Positions 4,958-16,900 of a stretch of 64,000 nt of DNA are shown in pieces. A program made the position numbers and the translations under genes. The stretch's first letter is position 1. Every line of letters begins with the position of its first letter. The notes beneath the pieces are model-generated. The model did no database searches. It was not told where the DNA came from and saw only the letters and a list, made by a program, of their open reading frames with translations. The DNA is from Thermodesulfobacteriota bacterium (GTDB lineage: Bacteria; Desulfobacterota; Desulfobacteria; Desulfobacterales; JAUWMJ01), in assembly GCA_034189135.1 (NCBI GenBank), contig JAXHVO010000026.1:64900-128899 (forward strand), written 5' to 3'.

Positions 4958-7252
4958 ATGAAACCGCTTGAGACGAAACCCGGTTACTTTCAGAAATTTC
5001 GAAATTCAACCCTGAACAGGATGGCTCCAGGAGTTGTAATAGAGAAAGAAAACCTGATTTACTGGCGGGTGCGTATCCTGTTTGCGATTATTGTAACTGG
5101 GTTGTTGATAGGCATTTTTGTGTTAGTGCCCTCAATCACTTTGGTAATCAAGAAAAAATTATGGGGCCTGTTTCTCTTTGACATAGTGGTTTGGTCAGTT
5201 AGCATGAGCCTCCTGCTTTCAAGCCGCCTAAGGTATGAAATGCGTGCGGCAATAGCTTTGATACTATTTTATACCTTGGGGTTGGTTATAACCATTTCGG
5301 TAGGACCATTGAGTGGTGGTCCCATATGGCTGTTTACTTTTGCAGTTCTTGTCGGGGTTCTCCTTGGAGCACGAGCAGCAATCGTTGCACTATGCGTTAA
5401 CGCAATTACACTAATGATCATCGGCTGGCTGATCAGCGCAGGCATTTTTGGCCATATATTTCCATTTTTCGACACCATAGAAACCATGATATCTGCCATG
5501 GCAAATTTTGTGCTTTTAAACACAATTGCCGCCATATCTGTAGCAGTATTGGTAAAAGGCCTTGTATCGACCCATGAGAGGCAAAAGTCTTTGTATCGTA
5601 ATTTGGAAACAGAGCGGTTAAATTTACTACAAGCAAAGAAAAAGCTGGAGCATGAAGTTGAGGAACGGTTGCATACTGAGAAAGTTCTTCAGGAGAGTGA
5701 AAGACTTTACCGACTTCTTGCTGATAACGTGGATGACAATATCTGGACTATGAATATGGAAATGAAGTTTACCTACATCAGTCCTTCCATCACCCGATTG
5801 CGAGGTTATACGGTCGAAGAGGCTATGGCCCAATCTTTTGAGGAAGTTATAACTCCTGCCTCTGTGGATATTGCCCTGAAAGCATTTACTGAAGAGCTGG
5901 AGGAGCATAACAAAGGACAAAAACCCCGACACAGATCCAGAAAAGTGGAGCTTGAACTTAACTGTAAAGATGGTTCTACGGTATGGACTGAGACTGAAGC
6001 GAATTTTATATACGGTGCTGATGGCCAACCCCAAAGTATTATTGGGGTAACACGCGATATTACCGAGCGCAGGCAGGCGGAGTCGGTCCTGAGGGAGAGC
6101 GAAGAAAAGCTCGCAAGATCGAAAAAAATGGAGTCCCTGGGACTTCTGGCAGGTGGTGTGGCTCACGATTTGAATAACGTCCTGTCGGGGATTGTAAGCT
6201 ATCCGGAATTGATTTTATTGGATTTACCTGAAGACAGCAAATTTCGAAAACCTATTGAGACCATTCAGGAGTCCGGGCACCGGGCGGTCGCCATCGTTCA
6301 AGACCTGTTAACCGTGGCAAGAGGGGTGGCTACTACCAAAGAAGTTCTGAACTTAAATGATCTTATTGATGATTACTTAAGTTCTCCAGAGCATAATAAA
6401 CTGAAACAGTTTCATCCAACAGTTAGGATCAAGACCAAGCTTGATACGGACTTGTTTAACATAAGCGGTTCTCATATTCATATCGAAAAGGTGGTAATGA
6501 ATCTAGTGTCAAACGCCTCGGAAGCCATTGAGGGTGGCGGCAATGTTACCATATCAACCCTGAACCGTTATATTGACAGACCTTTAAGGGGGTATGATGA
6601 TGTAAACATCGGTGAATACGTTGTTCTTTCTGTATCAGACGATGGTTCAGGAATATCATCGGTTGACCTTGAGAGGATATTCGAACCATTCTATACCAAG
6701 AAGGTCATGGGCAGAAGCGGTACCGGTTTAGGCCTGGCGGTGGTATGGAATACGATGCAAGATCACCAAGGCTATATAGATGTGACAAGTGACGAAAACG
6801 GTACAACCTTTGAGCTGTTTTTCCCCATAACCAGAGATGGAATATCGGATAAAGCCTTGTCCATACCCATCAAAGATTACCAAGGAAGCCAGGAAACGGT
6901 GCTGGTTGTTGATGATATGGAAAGCCAACGTGAAATATCTTGTAAAATGTTGGATACATTAGGCTATAAAACGAAAGCAGTATCCAGGGGCGAAGAGGCC
7001 GTTGAGTATTTAAAAGATAACACAGTGGATTTAGTCTTGCTTGATATGATTATGGACCCGGGCATAAATGGTCGGGAAACATACGAAAGGATCATTAAGA
7101 TTCATCCCAAACAAAAGGCCATTATAGTCAGTGGGTTTTCTCAAACAGATGAAGTAAAGGAAGCTCAAAAATTAGGCGCCGGTCAATACATAAAGAAGCC
7201 GGTTACGTTAGAAAAAATAGGCATTGCGGTTCAACAGGAACTGGGGAAATAG
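4958..7252 (+). CDS. Hybrid sensor histidine kinase, class 1: polytopic membrane domain - PAS - HisKA - HATPase - REC
   Basis: About 6 TM helices in aa 30-215. PAS segment includes WTMNMEMKFTYISPSITRLRGYT. H-box is MESLGLLAGGVAHDLNNVLSGI. The G-box and a C-terminal receiver (VLVVDDMESQ...DMIMDPGINGRE) follow. Confidence 0.9.
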   Translation: MKPLETKPGYFQKFRNSTLNRMAPGVVIEKENLIYWRVRILFAIIVTGLLIGIFVLVPSITLVIKKKLWGLFLFDIVVWSVSMSLLLSSRLRYEMRAAIALILFYTLGLVITISVGPLSGGPIWLFTFAVLVGVLLGARAAIVALCVNAITLMIIGWLISAGIFGHIFPFFDTIETMISAMANFVLLNTIAAISVAVLVKGLVSTHERQKSLYRNLETERLNLLQAKKKLEHEVEERLHTEKVLQESERLYRLLADNVDDNIWTMNMEMKFTYISPSITRLRGYTVEEAMAQSFEEVITPASVDIALKAFTEELEEHNKGQKPRHRSRKVELELNCKDGSTVWTETEANFIYGADGQPQSIIGVTRDITERRQAESVLRESEEKLARSKKMESLGLLAGGVAHDLNNVLSGIVSYPELILLDLPEDSKFRKPIETIQESGHRAVAIVQDLLTVARGVATTKEVLNLNDLIDDYLSSPEHNKLKQFHPTVRIKTKLDTDLFNISGSHIHIEKVVMNLVSNASEAIEGGGNVTISTLNRYIDRPLRGYDDVNIGEYVVLSVSDDGSGISSVDLERIFEPFYTKKVMGRSGTGLGLAVVWNTMQDHQGYIDVTSDENGTTFELFFPITRDGISDKALSIPIKDYQGSQETVLVVDDMESQREISCKMLDTLGYKTKAVSRGEEAVEYLKDNTVDLVLLDMIMDPGINGRETYERIIKIHPKQKAIIVSGFSQTDEVKEAQKLGAGQYIKKPVTLEKIGIAVQQELGK

Positions 7253-7321
7253 AGATTTTTGAAGCATCAAGAAAATCCCATAAACGATGAGTGAATTGGC
7301 AGGTTTAAAAAGGATACGGCC

Positions 7322-10237
7322 ATGACCCTTTTGCAAAAGAGGTGTAAAAAGAGACTATTTTGCTTCCTTTACCAACACTTTAAGAGAAGCATCTTATGCT
7401 TTATTTTATCTATCATTTTATTCTGGTTTGTTCCGTGGTCAGGGGCACAGAACCCAAATGAAATAATTTCAGTTCAGCTAACCGACCATGAGAGGAAATG
7501 GCTTTCCCAACACAGGACTATTAAGATTGCTCCCGACCCGTTTTTTCCTCCCATCGATTGGATAGATGATAAGGGCCACTACGGGGGAATTTCGGCTGAC
7601 TTTATACAGATTGTGAAAAAGAAAACCGGAATTAATTTTAAAGTGATCAAGTGCAAAAACTGGGATGAGGTCCTTGAAAAAGCCAAATCCAGAGAGGTGG
7701 ATGCCATTCCCGCGGCAGCGCAAACGCCGGAACGATCCAAATACCTCACCTTTTCCGAGCCCCATATCATACTACCGGGGGTAATCATAACCAGAACAAA
7801 AGTATCCGGCGATATTACACTTGAGGATCTCTCCACCATGAAAGTTTCCGTGGTCAAGGCCTATCTCTGGCAGGAGTTTTTGGAAAACGATTTTCCCACC
7901 ATGAAACTCGATTTAGTCAATGACTTGCAGGAAGGCCTGAGAAAAGTGGCCTTAGGTATATCGGACGCCCTGGTGGCAACCCTTCCGGTGGCACTTTATT
8001 ATATTGAAAAGGAAGGGATCACCAATCTTCGTGTCGCAGGTGAGACCGGCTATTATACCAGACTTTCCTTTGCCTCACGCAAGGACTGGCCGGAGCTCAA
8101 TGTGATAGTGAAGAAGGCGTTGGATCAAATCTCACCTAGCAGGAAGGAAGAAATTTTAGGTAAGTGGATCCATTTGGAGGAAAAATCGCTATTTAAGCAG
8201 AAAGAATTCTGGCTTACAATTCTGGTGATCGTCGGTGGTTGTGGCTTAATAGTTGTTGGCATTGCGCTGTGGAACAGATCCTTAAGAAGAAGGGTTGATC
8301 AAAGAACAGGGGAATTAAAAAAAGAATTGATTCAGCGCGTACAGGCAGAGGAGGCACTGCGGGAGAGTGAAGAGAAATATCGATTGCTAATAGAAAATCA
8401 AACGGATCTTATTGTCAAGGTTGATTCCGATGGAAGGTTCGAATTTGTAAGCCCATCTTACTGTGAGATGTTTAACAAGACAGAGGAAGAGTTGATCGGC
8501 CAGAGGTTCATGCCCCTCGTTCATAAGGATGATCAGCAAAACACGGAAAAAGCAATGGAAGCTCTTTATCAACCACCCTATACCGCCTATATGGAACAGC
8601 GTGCCGCCACAAAGGATGGATGGAAATGGCTGGCGTGGGTGGATACTGCCATGCTCGATGAAAACGAAAATGTGGTGAGTATCATTGGAGTTGGAAGGGA
8701 CATCAACAATAGGAAGCAGATTGAGGAGGCACTGCAGGAGAGTGAAGATAAATTCAGAACTTTTTTTAATTTATCTCCTCAGTGTATTGCCATTACAGAG
8801 GCGGATACAGGCAAGTTGGTGAATGTCAACGATATGTTTTGTGAGCTGACCCAATATCCGCGTGATGAAATTATTGGAAAAAGTACAATAGAAATAGGTT
8901 TATATTCTGTCAATGACAGAGACAGATTGATAAATGAGGTGTATAGGTCAGGGGAAAGCAGGGGATTGAAGATGGATTTTAAGACTAAGGACGGCTCCAT
9001 TCTCAATACGTTGATGTTTGCCAAATTGCTTCGGGTAAAAGAGGAAAAGTTTATTTTTACAATATTTGTTGACATAACCAGACAACAAAAACTCGAAGCG
9101 CAACTTCAGCAAGCCGAAAAGATGGAGTCCATCGGTACCCTAGCAGGTGGCATCGCCCACGATTTTAACAATATTCTTTTTCCCATGTTCGGTTATCTGG
9201 AAATGATGCTGGGAGACGTTCCCCAAGACAGCCCATTGCATGAAAGCCTTGAAAAGGTTTTTAACGGAGCGAAGCGTGCCAGGGACTTGGCCAAACAGAT
9301 ACTCACCTTCAGCCGGCAAAAGGATCATGAGATGAAACCCTTGAAGGTGCATCTGGTTATCAAAGAGGCCCTGCATCTGGTCGAGTCATTTTTACCGAGC
9401 ACAATTGAGATCAGTCAAAGCATAAAGACCGATTGCGGGCCGGTCATGGCCGATCCCACCCGGATTCATCAGATCGTCATGAACCTGTGTACCAATGCCT
9501 TCCATGCAATGGAAGATACCGGTGGAAAACTGACTATAAACCTGAAGGAAGTTGAGTTAGTCTCTAAGGACATCAAAGACCCGGCCATAACTCCGGGTCC
9601 ACATATTTGCCTGACGGTGGCCGACACCGGCCCGGGTATGGCGCAAAGCACCATAGGAAGGATATTCGATCCCTATTTTACCACCAAAAAAGAAGGGAAA
9701 GGCACCGGTTTGGGACTTTCGGTAGTTCATGGGATTGTTAAAAGCCATGGCGGTCAGATTAGCGTTGTCAGCGAGCCCGGTAAGGGGAGTGAGTTTCATG
9801 TTTATCTGCCGTTAATAAAACCCGGGAGAGAAGCAGCAAAGGGCGAAACCGATACACCCGTTCAAAAAGGGGATGAACGGATTCTACTGATCGATGACCA
9901 GGGCACCATTATTCAGATGGAAAAAAAGATGCTGGAACGACTGGGGTATCATGTGGTCCCATATACCAGTAGCGTGGATGCTTTAGAAGCATTCAAGAAA
10001 AATTCCCAACGGTATGATTTGGTCATTACCGACATGACCATGCCGAAAATGACTGGTGAGCAACTGGCAGAGGAGATAAGCAAAATTCGTGCGGATATAC
10101 CGGTGATTCTCTGTACCGGATTCAGCAAAATGATGTCTGAGGAAAAGGCGGAGTCTTTGGGGATAAAGGGATTCCTCATGAAACCGGTGGTGATGAAAGA
10201 CCTTTCCAATATGATTCGCCGCGTGTTGGATGAGTGA
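7322..10237 (+). CDS. Hybrid sensor histidine kinase, class 2: periplasmic SBP_bac_3-like domain - TM - 2 PAS - HisKA - HATPase - REC
   Basis: Solute-binding-like N-terminus (IKIAPDPFFPPIDWIDDKGHYGGISADF), then a TM segment and two PAS domains. H-box is MESIGTLAGGIAHDFNNILFPMFGY. Receiver has ILLIDDQ...DMTMPKMTG. Confidence 0.9.
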   Translation: MTLLQKRCKKRLFCFLYQHFKRSILCFILSIILFWFVPWSGAQNPNEIISVQLTDHERKWLSQHRTIKIAPDPFFPPIDWIDDKGHYGGISADFIQIVKKKTGINFKVIKCKNWDEVLEKAKSREVDAIPAAAQTPERSKYLTFSEPHIILPGVIITRTKVSGDITLEDLSTMKVSVVKAYLWQEFLENDFPTMKLDLVNDLQEGLRKVALGISDALVATLPVALYYIEKEGITNLRVAGETGYYTRLSFASRKDWPELNVIVKKALDQISPSRKEEILGKWIHLEEKSLFKQKEFWLTILVIVGGCGLIVVGIALWNRSLRRRVDQRTGELKKELIQRVQAEEALRESEEKYRLLIENQTDLIVKVDSDGRFEFVSPSYCEMFNKTEEELIGQRFMPLVHKDDQQNTEKAMEALYQPPYTAYMEQRAATKDGWKWLAWVDTAMLDENENVVSIIGVGRDINNRKQIEEALQESEDKFRTFFNLSPQCIAITEADTGKLVNVNDMFCELTQYPRDEIIGKSTIEIGLYSVNDRDRLINEVYRSGESRGLKMDFKTKDGSILNTLMFAKLLRVKEEKFIFTIFVDITRQQKLEAQLQQAEKMESIGTLAGGIAHDFNNILFPMFGYLEMMLGDVPQDSPLHESLEKVFNGAKRARDLAKQILTFSRQKDHEMKPLKVHLVIKEALHLVESFLPSTIEISQSIKTDCGPVMADPTRIHQIVMNLCTNAFHAMEDTGGKLTINLKEVELVSKDIKDPAITPGPHICLTVADTGPGMAQSTIGRIFDPYFTTKKEGKGTGLGLSVVHGIVKSHGGQISVVSEPGKGSEFHVYLPLIKPGREAAKGETDTPVQKGDERILLIDDQGTIIQMEKKMLERLGYHVVPYTSSVDALEAFKKNSQRYDLVITDMTMPKMTGEQLAEEISKIRADIPVILCTGFSKMMSEEKAESLGIKGFLMKPVVMKDLSNMIRRVLDE

Positions 10238-10433
10238 TTATTCAGCTGGATAGGTTGAAGGCCGAAGACTGTTAGGGAAAATCAATTTTTCAGCCATGTT
10301 TGGTACAGGAATTAAATTCCAGCAAAATTGGGCAATCGTATTCTTCTGCTCCCTTCAGCCTTCGGTCTAAACAGCTCCAGCCTGACGACGTGAGTAGTTG
10401 TGCAGGAACCTTAAAAAAGGAAAAATAGGTTTA

Positions 10434-12857
10434 ATGAAACCAATTGAGAAGAAATCGGGTTATTTTCAAAGATTTAAGGCGTTTGCGATAAGCAGGATGG
10501 CCCCAGGTGTTGTAGTAGAGAAAGACAGCCTCACCTACTGGCGGGTGTATATCCTGTTTGCTATTATTCTGACCGGGGTGATCATCGGTATTTTTGCCTT
10601 AGTGCCGGTAGCTGTGATGTTGATCAAGGAAAAAATGTGGGCCTTGTTGGCCTTTGATTGGTTTGTGTGGCTAATGGGTATGTATCTGTTGCTTTCAAAC
10701 CGTTTAAGATATGAAATTCGGGCAGCTATTGCTTTAATGCTGGTCTATGGCCTGGGATTGGTCATTATTATTAATGTGGGCCCTTTGAGCGGTGGCCCCG
10801 CCTGGCTGTTTGCCTTTGCGGTGTTGATGGGGATTCTTCTGGGAGCCAGAGCCGCCATGGCGGGCTTGGCCATCAATGCCATTACACTTACAATTTTATA
10901 CTGGCTGATTAGTGCGGGTTTCTTTGGCCAGACCTTTCCATTTTTTAATACCATGATAGCAATGATCGTTGCGGGTGCAAATTTTGTGCTTCTGAACGCG
11001 ATTGCCGCCATATCTGTAGCTGTACTGGTAAAAGGCCTGGCCTCCACCCACGATGCGGAAAAGTCTTTGAATCGCACTTTGAAAACAGAGCGTTTGTATT
11101 TAATGGAAGCAAAAAAAAAGCTGGAGCATGAGGTTGAAGAGCGTTTGCGTGTTGAGAATGTACTGCGGGAGAGTGAGGAGAAAGAAAAATTAAGAAATCG
11201 GATTGCCAACATTTTCCTCACTAAAACGGATGAACAAATGTACTGGGAAGTATTGACGATTGTTTTACATATAATGAAAAGCAAATTTGGCGTGTTTGGT
11301 TATATTAATCAACAGGGTGCATTGGTTTGTCCATCAATGACCAGAGACATCTGGGATCAATGTCAAATGACAGAAAAAGATATTGTCTTTCCCAGAGACA
11401 CTTGGGGAAACAGTATCTGGGGGAAAGGATTAAGAACGAAAAAATCAGCATACGCCAACAAACCGTTCAAAGTTCCCCAAGGACATATTCCGATTGACCG
11501 ATGTTTGACTGTACCCATCGTGTTTAAGGATAGATCAATAGGCGTGCTCACCGTTGCCAATAAAACAGAAGATTATGTTAAATCAGATAAAATCGTTCTT
11601 GAATCGGTCGCTGAATATATCGCTCCGGTATTGCATGCCATATTGGAAAGAAAACAGGCAGAAAAAGAGTTGCAGGAAAGCAATGAAAAGCTTGCCCGGT
11701 CAAAGAAGATGGAATCCCTGGGACTGATGGCAGGAGGGATCGCCCACGATTTGAATAATATTCTCTCTGGAATTGTAAGCTATCCTGATTTGCTTTTAAT
11801 GGATTTACCGGCAGACAGCCCGATTAGAGAACCTGTTGAGGTCATAAAAGAGTCCGGCGAGAGAGCTGCTGATGTGGTTTCGGATTTGTTAACAGTGGCC
11901 AGAGGGGTTGCTACCGGTAAAGAGGTTATCAACTTAAATGCCTTGGTGGAAGAATACCTGAATTCTGCTGAATACCAACAGATCAATAAAACACATCCAT
12001 CTGTGTATGTAGAAGCAAAGCTTGATGAGGATTTATTGAATATACACTGTTCTCCAACCCATATTAAAAAATCATTGATGAATTTGGTTGCCAACGCTTC
12101 CGAGTCTATTGAAGATGGGGGAACAATCACTATATCCACCATTAACAGGTATTTAGACGAGCCTTTAAAAGGATATGAGGATGTTCGTACCGGTGAATAT
12201 GCCATGCTGACCGTATCGGACGATGGCTCGGGTATATCTTCCCAAGATCTAGAGAGAATTTTTGAGCCATTCTATACCAAAAAAATAATGGGCAGGAGCG
12301 GCACCGGTTTAGGTTTGGCCGTGGTATGGAATACAGTACAGGATTGCGATGGATATATAAATATAAGGAGCAATGAGAACGGCACGGTATTTGAACTATA
12401 TTTTCCGGTAACCAGAGATGAATCTAGACTGGTTAAACAGGATATACCCTTTGAGGATTATGTCGGCCATGGAGAAAAAATTCTTGTGGTTGATGATGAG
12501 GAGAATCAAAGAGAAATCGCATCAAGATTATTGATCAAGCTGGGTTATACTACGGAAGCGGTGCTAAGTGGAGAAAAAGCGGTTGAATATTTAAAAGAGA
12601 ATTCCGTGGACTTGATCGTGCTGGACATGATTATGCCGAATGGAATGAACGGACATGAGACATACCGGGAAATAATCAAAATTCATCCTGGTCAAAAGGC
12701 GATTATAGCCAGCGGGTTTGCCGAAACGGAGGACGTAAAGGCCGCCCAGAAATTGGGGGCGGGAAAATACATCAAAAAACCCTATACCATAGAAAAAATT
12801 GGACTGGCGGTAAAAGAAGAATTGGAAGCCGGCAGTCGTTTACGGTCTGAAACTTGA
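10434..12857 (+). CDS. Hybrid sensor histidine kinase, class 1 paralog: same membrane domain - GAF-like - HisKA - HATPase - REC
   Basis: The N-terminal 240 aa and the transmitter and receiver are collinear with 4958-7252 (MKPIEKKSGYFQRF vs MKPLETKPGYFQKF). The middle segment is GAF-like (FGVFGYINQQGALV...SIGVLTVANK) rather than PAS. ATG 10434 chosen by homology. Confidence 0.9.
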   Translation: MKPIEKKSGYFQRFKAFAISRMAPGVVVEKDSLTYWRVYILFAIILTGVIIGIFALVPVAVMLIKEKMWALLAFDWFVWLMGMYLLLSNRLRYEIRAAIALMLVYGLGLVIIINVGPLSGGPAWLFAFAVLMGILLGARAAMAGLAINAITLTILYWLISAGFFGQTFPFFNTMIAMIVAGANFVLLNAIAAISVAVLVKGLASTHDAEKSLNRTLKTERLYLMEAKKKLEHEVEERLRVENVLRESEEKEKLRNRIANIFLTKTDEQMYWEVLTIVLHIMKSKFGVFGYINQQGALVCPSMTRDIWDQCQMTEKDIVFPRDTWGNSIWGKGLRTKKSAYANKPFKVPQGHIPIDRCLTVPIVFKDRSIGVLTVANKTEDYVKSDKIVLESVAEYIAPVLHAILERKQAEKELQESNEKLARSKKMESLGLMAGGIAHDLNNILSGIVSYPDLLLMDLPADSPIREPVEVIKESGERAADVVSDLLTVARGVATGKEVINLNALVEEYLNSAEYQQINKTHPSVYVEAKLDEDLLNIHCSPTHIKKSLMNLVANASESIEDGGTITISTINRYLDEPLKGYEDVRTGEYAMLTVSDDGSGISSQDLERIFEPFYTKKIMGRSGTGLGLAVVWNTVQDCDGYINIRSNENGTVFELYFPVTRDESRLVKQDIPFEDYVGHGEKILVVDDEENQREIASRLLIKLGYTTEAVLSGEKAVEYLKENSVDLIVLDMIMPNGMNGHETYREIIKIHPGQKAIIASGFAETEDVKAAQKLGAGKYIKKPYTIEKIGLAVKEELEAGSRLRSET

Positions 12858-12896
12858 GATTAGAAAGGAGAAATTCGAGAAAAAGGGAGGTTATTC

Positions 12897-13868
12897 ATGA
12901 AATTCCCCAGATTAAATAATTTTCCATTCTTGCTGACAGCAGTTTTTGCACTTACTGTCTTTATCTCAACCTATTCTCACGGAGAGAGTGAAAAAAAACA
13001 TAGGTTTACCATAGGCTTTGCTGCAATGAATGTGGAGATGACATGGATGAAGTTTGCCTACTATGCCATACGTAAAAAGGCTGCCGAGTTGGGTGTAGAT
13101 TTGATTACCTATGATGCGGGGAATAATGTGGCCAAACAGGCTATTAATATCGAGAATTTAGTCAAAAGAGGCGTGGATGCGATCATTACGGATCCCGTAA
13201 ATGTAAAAGGGTTGATTCCGACACTTGAGTTTGCCTCTGGAAAAAAAATCCCCGTAGTGGCCTTTGACCGCTCTGCAACTGGAGCACCGTACCTTTTCTT
13301 TGTAGGTTCAGATGATGTAGAGGCAGGCCGCCTTGCATGCCGGTTCCTTGCAGACAGGCTGAAAGGTGTTGGCGATATCATCGTTTTGGAAGGAGCTGTC
13401 GGCTCTTCACCTGCAATCAATCGTTCAAAGGGCTTTTATGATGAAATTAAAAAATACCCTTCCATGAAGGTCGTGTTCAACAAGAGCGGTGGGTTTTTTC
13501 ATGATGAGGGTTATTGGGTTATGGAAGAGGCTCTGGCTACGGTTGCTGGTTTCAACGCAGTGTATTCGCAGAATGACGATATGCTATTGGGAGCCATAGA
13601 GGCAATGGAAAACGCAGGTATACCTCCTAAAAAGATATTAACCATTGGGACTGATGCCATTCCGAAGGCGTTGATAGCCATACGTGAAGGCCGATTGGAT
13701 GCGACCATCCAATACCCCATCAGCCAGGTAGAGATCGCATTGGAGAGGCTCGTTCACTACTTGAAAACCGGCAATCTCCCGGAATGGAAAGAGCATCTGG
13801 TGAAGCCTTGGGTCATTACAAGTGAGAATATATCTACCGGTGATTTTTATTCATCTATTGAGGATTAA
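12897..13868 (+). CDS. Periplasmic binding protein, type I sugar-binding family (RbsB-like), probable kinase co-sensor
   Basis: Signal peptide, then FTIGFAAMN...GVDAIITDPVN...IPVVAFDR...VGSDDVEAGR...NDDMLLGAIEA. GGGAGG RBS. Confidence 0.8.
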   Translation: MKFPRLNNFPFLLTAVFALTVFISTYSHGESEKKHRFTIGFAAMNVEMTWMKFAYYAIRKKAAELGVDLITYDAGNNVAKQAINIENLVKRGVDAIITDPVNVKGLIPTLEFASGKKIPVVAFDRSATGAPYLFFVGSDDVEAGRLACRFLADRLKGVGDIIVLEGAVGSSPAINRSKGFYDEIKKYPSMKVVFNKSGGFFHDEGYWVMEEALATVAGFNAVYSQNDDMLLGAIEAMENAGIPPKKILTIGTDAIPKALIAIREGRLDATIQYPISQVEIALERLVHYLKTGNLPEWKEHLVKPWVITSENISTGDFYSSIED

Positions 13869-13906
13869 ACTCCTGGTAACCATCAGGGAAGTATTCGGGT
13901 GCAATT

Positions 13907-16900
13907 ATGTTTAAGAAAAATTACATGCTGTTTTTGGGGGGTGTACTCATATTTTTCGGTTTTTGCCTAGGTATTTTGAGCGTTACGTTCAACTACGTAA
14001 AATTAAACCGGGAAGCCGCTGTGGGCGAATTTGAAGAGCAGGTGAAAGCCGGTGCGAAACAGCTTCAATTTTACTCTGAATCCTTACGTTCCGATCTTCT
14101 CAGGATTGAAAAATATCTGTCCAACAGCGACATGAAGGTGAGCAGAGAGCTCTATGGTTACCTGGATTTTGTATTGGGCCATCACCCAAATGCCATTGCT
14201 GAAATTTTGATTTTGGATGTCAATGGAAAGGGTGTTGCCGGAACAAACCCGGTATCAGTGAAATCAAGTTTTCACGAATCCAAATATTTTATAAAAACGC
14301 AGCACCGGCCAAATAGAGTCTATTTTTCAGAGGCAATTATTGCAGGGGATTTATCCAGACTCTCTGAAGTCGGCACTAATGGTTTCATGGATCCCCTGGA
14401 TTTGGGATTTGTGCTTTACTCAGGCGTTTATTCAAGAGGAGTATTTAAAGGAGCTGTTTTGTTTATCGTCAGGGCGGAACCGTTTTTCAAACGATACTCG
14501 GAGGCACTTACTAAACTTACCTCGGGATATGGATTTATATTACAGGAAGATGGCCGCATTCTGTTTCATCGTGATGTTGAACTTCGTGGTAAATTTATTT
14601 CGGATTTGCCCGAATCTTCCGATTTATCAAACGATTTACTGAAAAAAAATGAAGGAAAGATTTCAGGGTATGGTTTGACCGGACAGCATATGAATATTAT
14701 TTCTGAAGTATTTCTTCAGAACCGAAAATGGATTTTAGGTGTTTCAACCAATACATCAAAGCTGGCTCAAAAAACCCTAATCACCCTTTACACCCTCAGC
14801 GGTATCTTGCTGCTTCTCGGTATTATTGTATTCGGGCTTGTATTTTCTTTGATCCGTCTGGGTAAGGCCAAAGAAAGGCTGAGCGCCGGTGAAAAGCGGC
14901 TTTCTTTGATTCTTAAGCAGGTCGGTGCTGTCCTGTGGACCACAGATACCGATCTTCGCTTTACCTCATCACATGGCAGTGGGCTTGCAGTATTAAAGCT
15001 CAAGCCCGGGCAAGTCACAGGGCAAACGCTTTACCAATACTTCCAGACCGACGACCCGATGTTTCTACCCATTGCATCTCACCTCTGCGCCCTCGACGGT
15101 GAATCGGTAAACTATGAGCAAACCTGGGGTGGCATAACCTTTCAAACACACGTTGAACCGCTCCGAGACACGGAAGGAAATATCTCAGGCTTAATCGGGG
15201 TTTCGCTGGAAATTACCGAGCGCAAGCGGATGGAGATGGCATTGAAGGCGAGCGAGGAGAAGTATCGCAGCCTGGTGGAAACCATTACCGATCTTGTTTT
15301 CATCATCGATCCGGATGGAAGGTTTACCTATCTTAACCCTGAATTTGAAAAAGTGACCGGCTTTGTCGTCGTAGACTACATTGGGCGTTCTTTTACTGAA
15401 ATTCTTGTCCCTGAATATATTGAACCGACGGTTGACCGATTTAAACGCGGGCTTTCCGGCGAGGTCATTCCCATTTATGAGGTAGAGATTAAACATAAGG
15501 ATGGAAAGACGGTCCCGGTGGAATTAAAGGTGGCATCACTCCTGGATGATGATGGTCATGCCATGGGCAGAATCGGTGTAGCCCGTGACATTTCTAAACG
15601 CAAGCAGAACGAAGAAGCGCTGCGGGAAAGCGAGGAGCGAATTAAGGCGATCCTTAAAGCTTCTCCAGTGGGGATCGGTTTGGTTATCAACCGCACAATG
15701 GACTGGGCGAACGAGACCATGTACCGCATGGTCGGCTATAAATCAGGCTCACTTTTGGGAAAAAGCGCCAGAATTTTCTACCCGGACGATGAAGAGTTTC
15801 ATCGGGTAGGCCGAGAGCTTTACGCCGGCATTGAGGAATCAGGCAATGCCCAGGTAGAAACAAAATGGGTGCGAAAGGATGGATCGGTTTTTGATTGTAT
15901 CCTTCGGTTGAGCGCCCTTGACCCATCCGACCCTGCCAAGGGCCAAATCGTAGCATTAACCGATGTTTCTGAACTTAAACGTGCCCATGAAGAAATGAGA
16001 AAAAGTGAAGCGGAAAAAAAGGCGATACTGGACGGCATCACCACCAGCATCAGATTCGTTAATACAAACCTGGAAATACTATGGGCAAACAAGGCTGCCG
16101 CTGATTCGGTTAGTAAATCTCCCCAAGAAATGGTGACGCATAAATGCTATAGTTTTTGGGGGGATGGCTCGAAAAGGCACTGTGAAAGTTGCCCGGTAGT
16201 GAAAACCTTCAAAACAAAAAAGACAGAACATGTCATCCAACATACTTCGGATAAGAAAATGTTCGATCTAAAAGCTGAGCCGGTTTTTGACATTAATGGA
16301 AACTTGATCGGTGTTATTGAAATTGCCCATGATATTACTGACAAGTACCGGCTTGAAGACCAGCTTCAACAGGCTCAGAGGATGGAATCCATCGGCACCC
16401 TAGCCGGGGGGATCGCTCATGATTTTAATAACATTCTTTTTCCCATATTCGGCTATCTGGAGATGCTGCTGGCAGACATTCCGCAAGACGACCGGTTCCA
16501 CGGCTACCTTGTGGAGGTTTTTAACGGTGCCAAACGGGCACGGGATTTGATTAAACAGATCCTGGCGTTCAGCCGCCAATCGGATCACGAGCGTAAACCT
16601 ATAGAAATTCAGCGCATAATCAAAGAAGCCTTGAAGCTGCTCAAGTCTTCATTGCCGAGCACCATTAAGATCAGGCGAAATATAAAAAGCGATTGCGGGC
16701 TGGTGATGGCGGATCCGACTCAGGTTCACCAGGTTGTCATGAACCTGTGCACCAATGCCTTTCATGCCATGGAGGGAACCGGCGGGAAACTGTCAATATC
16801 CTTAAAGGAAGTCTGGTTGGAGACCGAAGACTTAAAAGACCCGGCCATGATTCCGGGGGAATATGTCTGCCTGACTGTGGCAGACAACGGCCCGGGGATG

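Noticed and set aside
5627-6166. 179-aa antisense ORFs inside the two class 1 kinase genes (5627-6166 and 10745-11284).
   Set aside because: They are shadow ORFs opposite strongly supported kinase coding sequence. They lie at different positions in the two genes and their translations are unrelated. Neither has motifs or an RBS.
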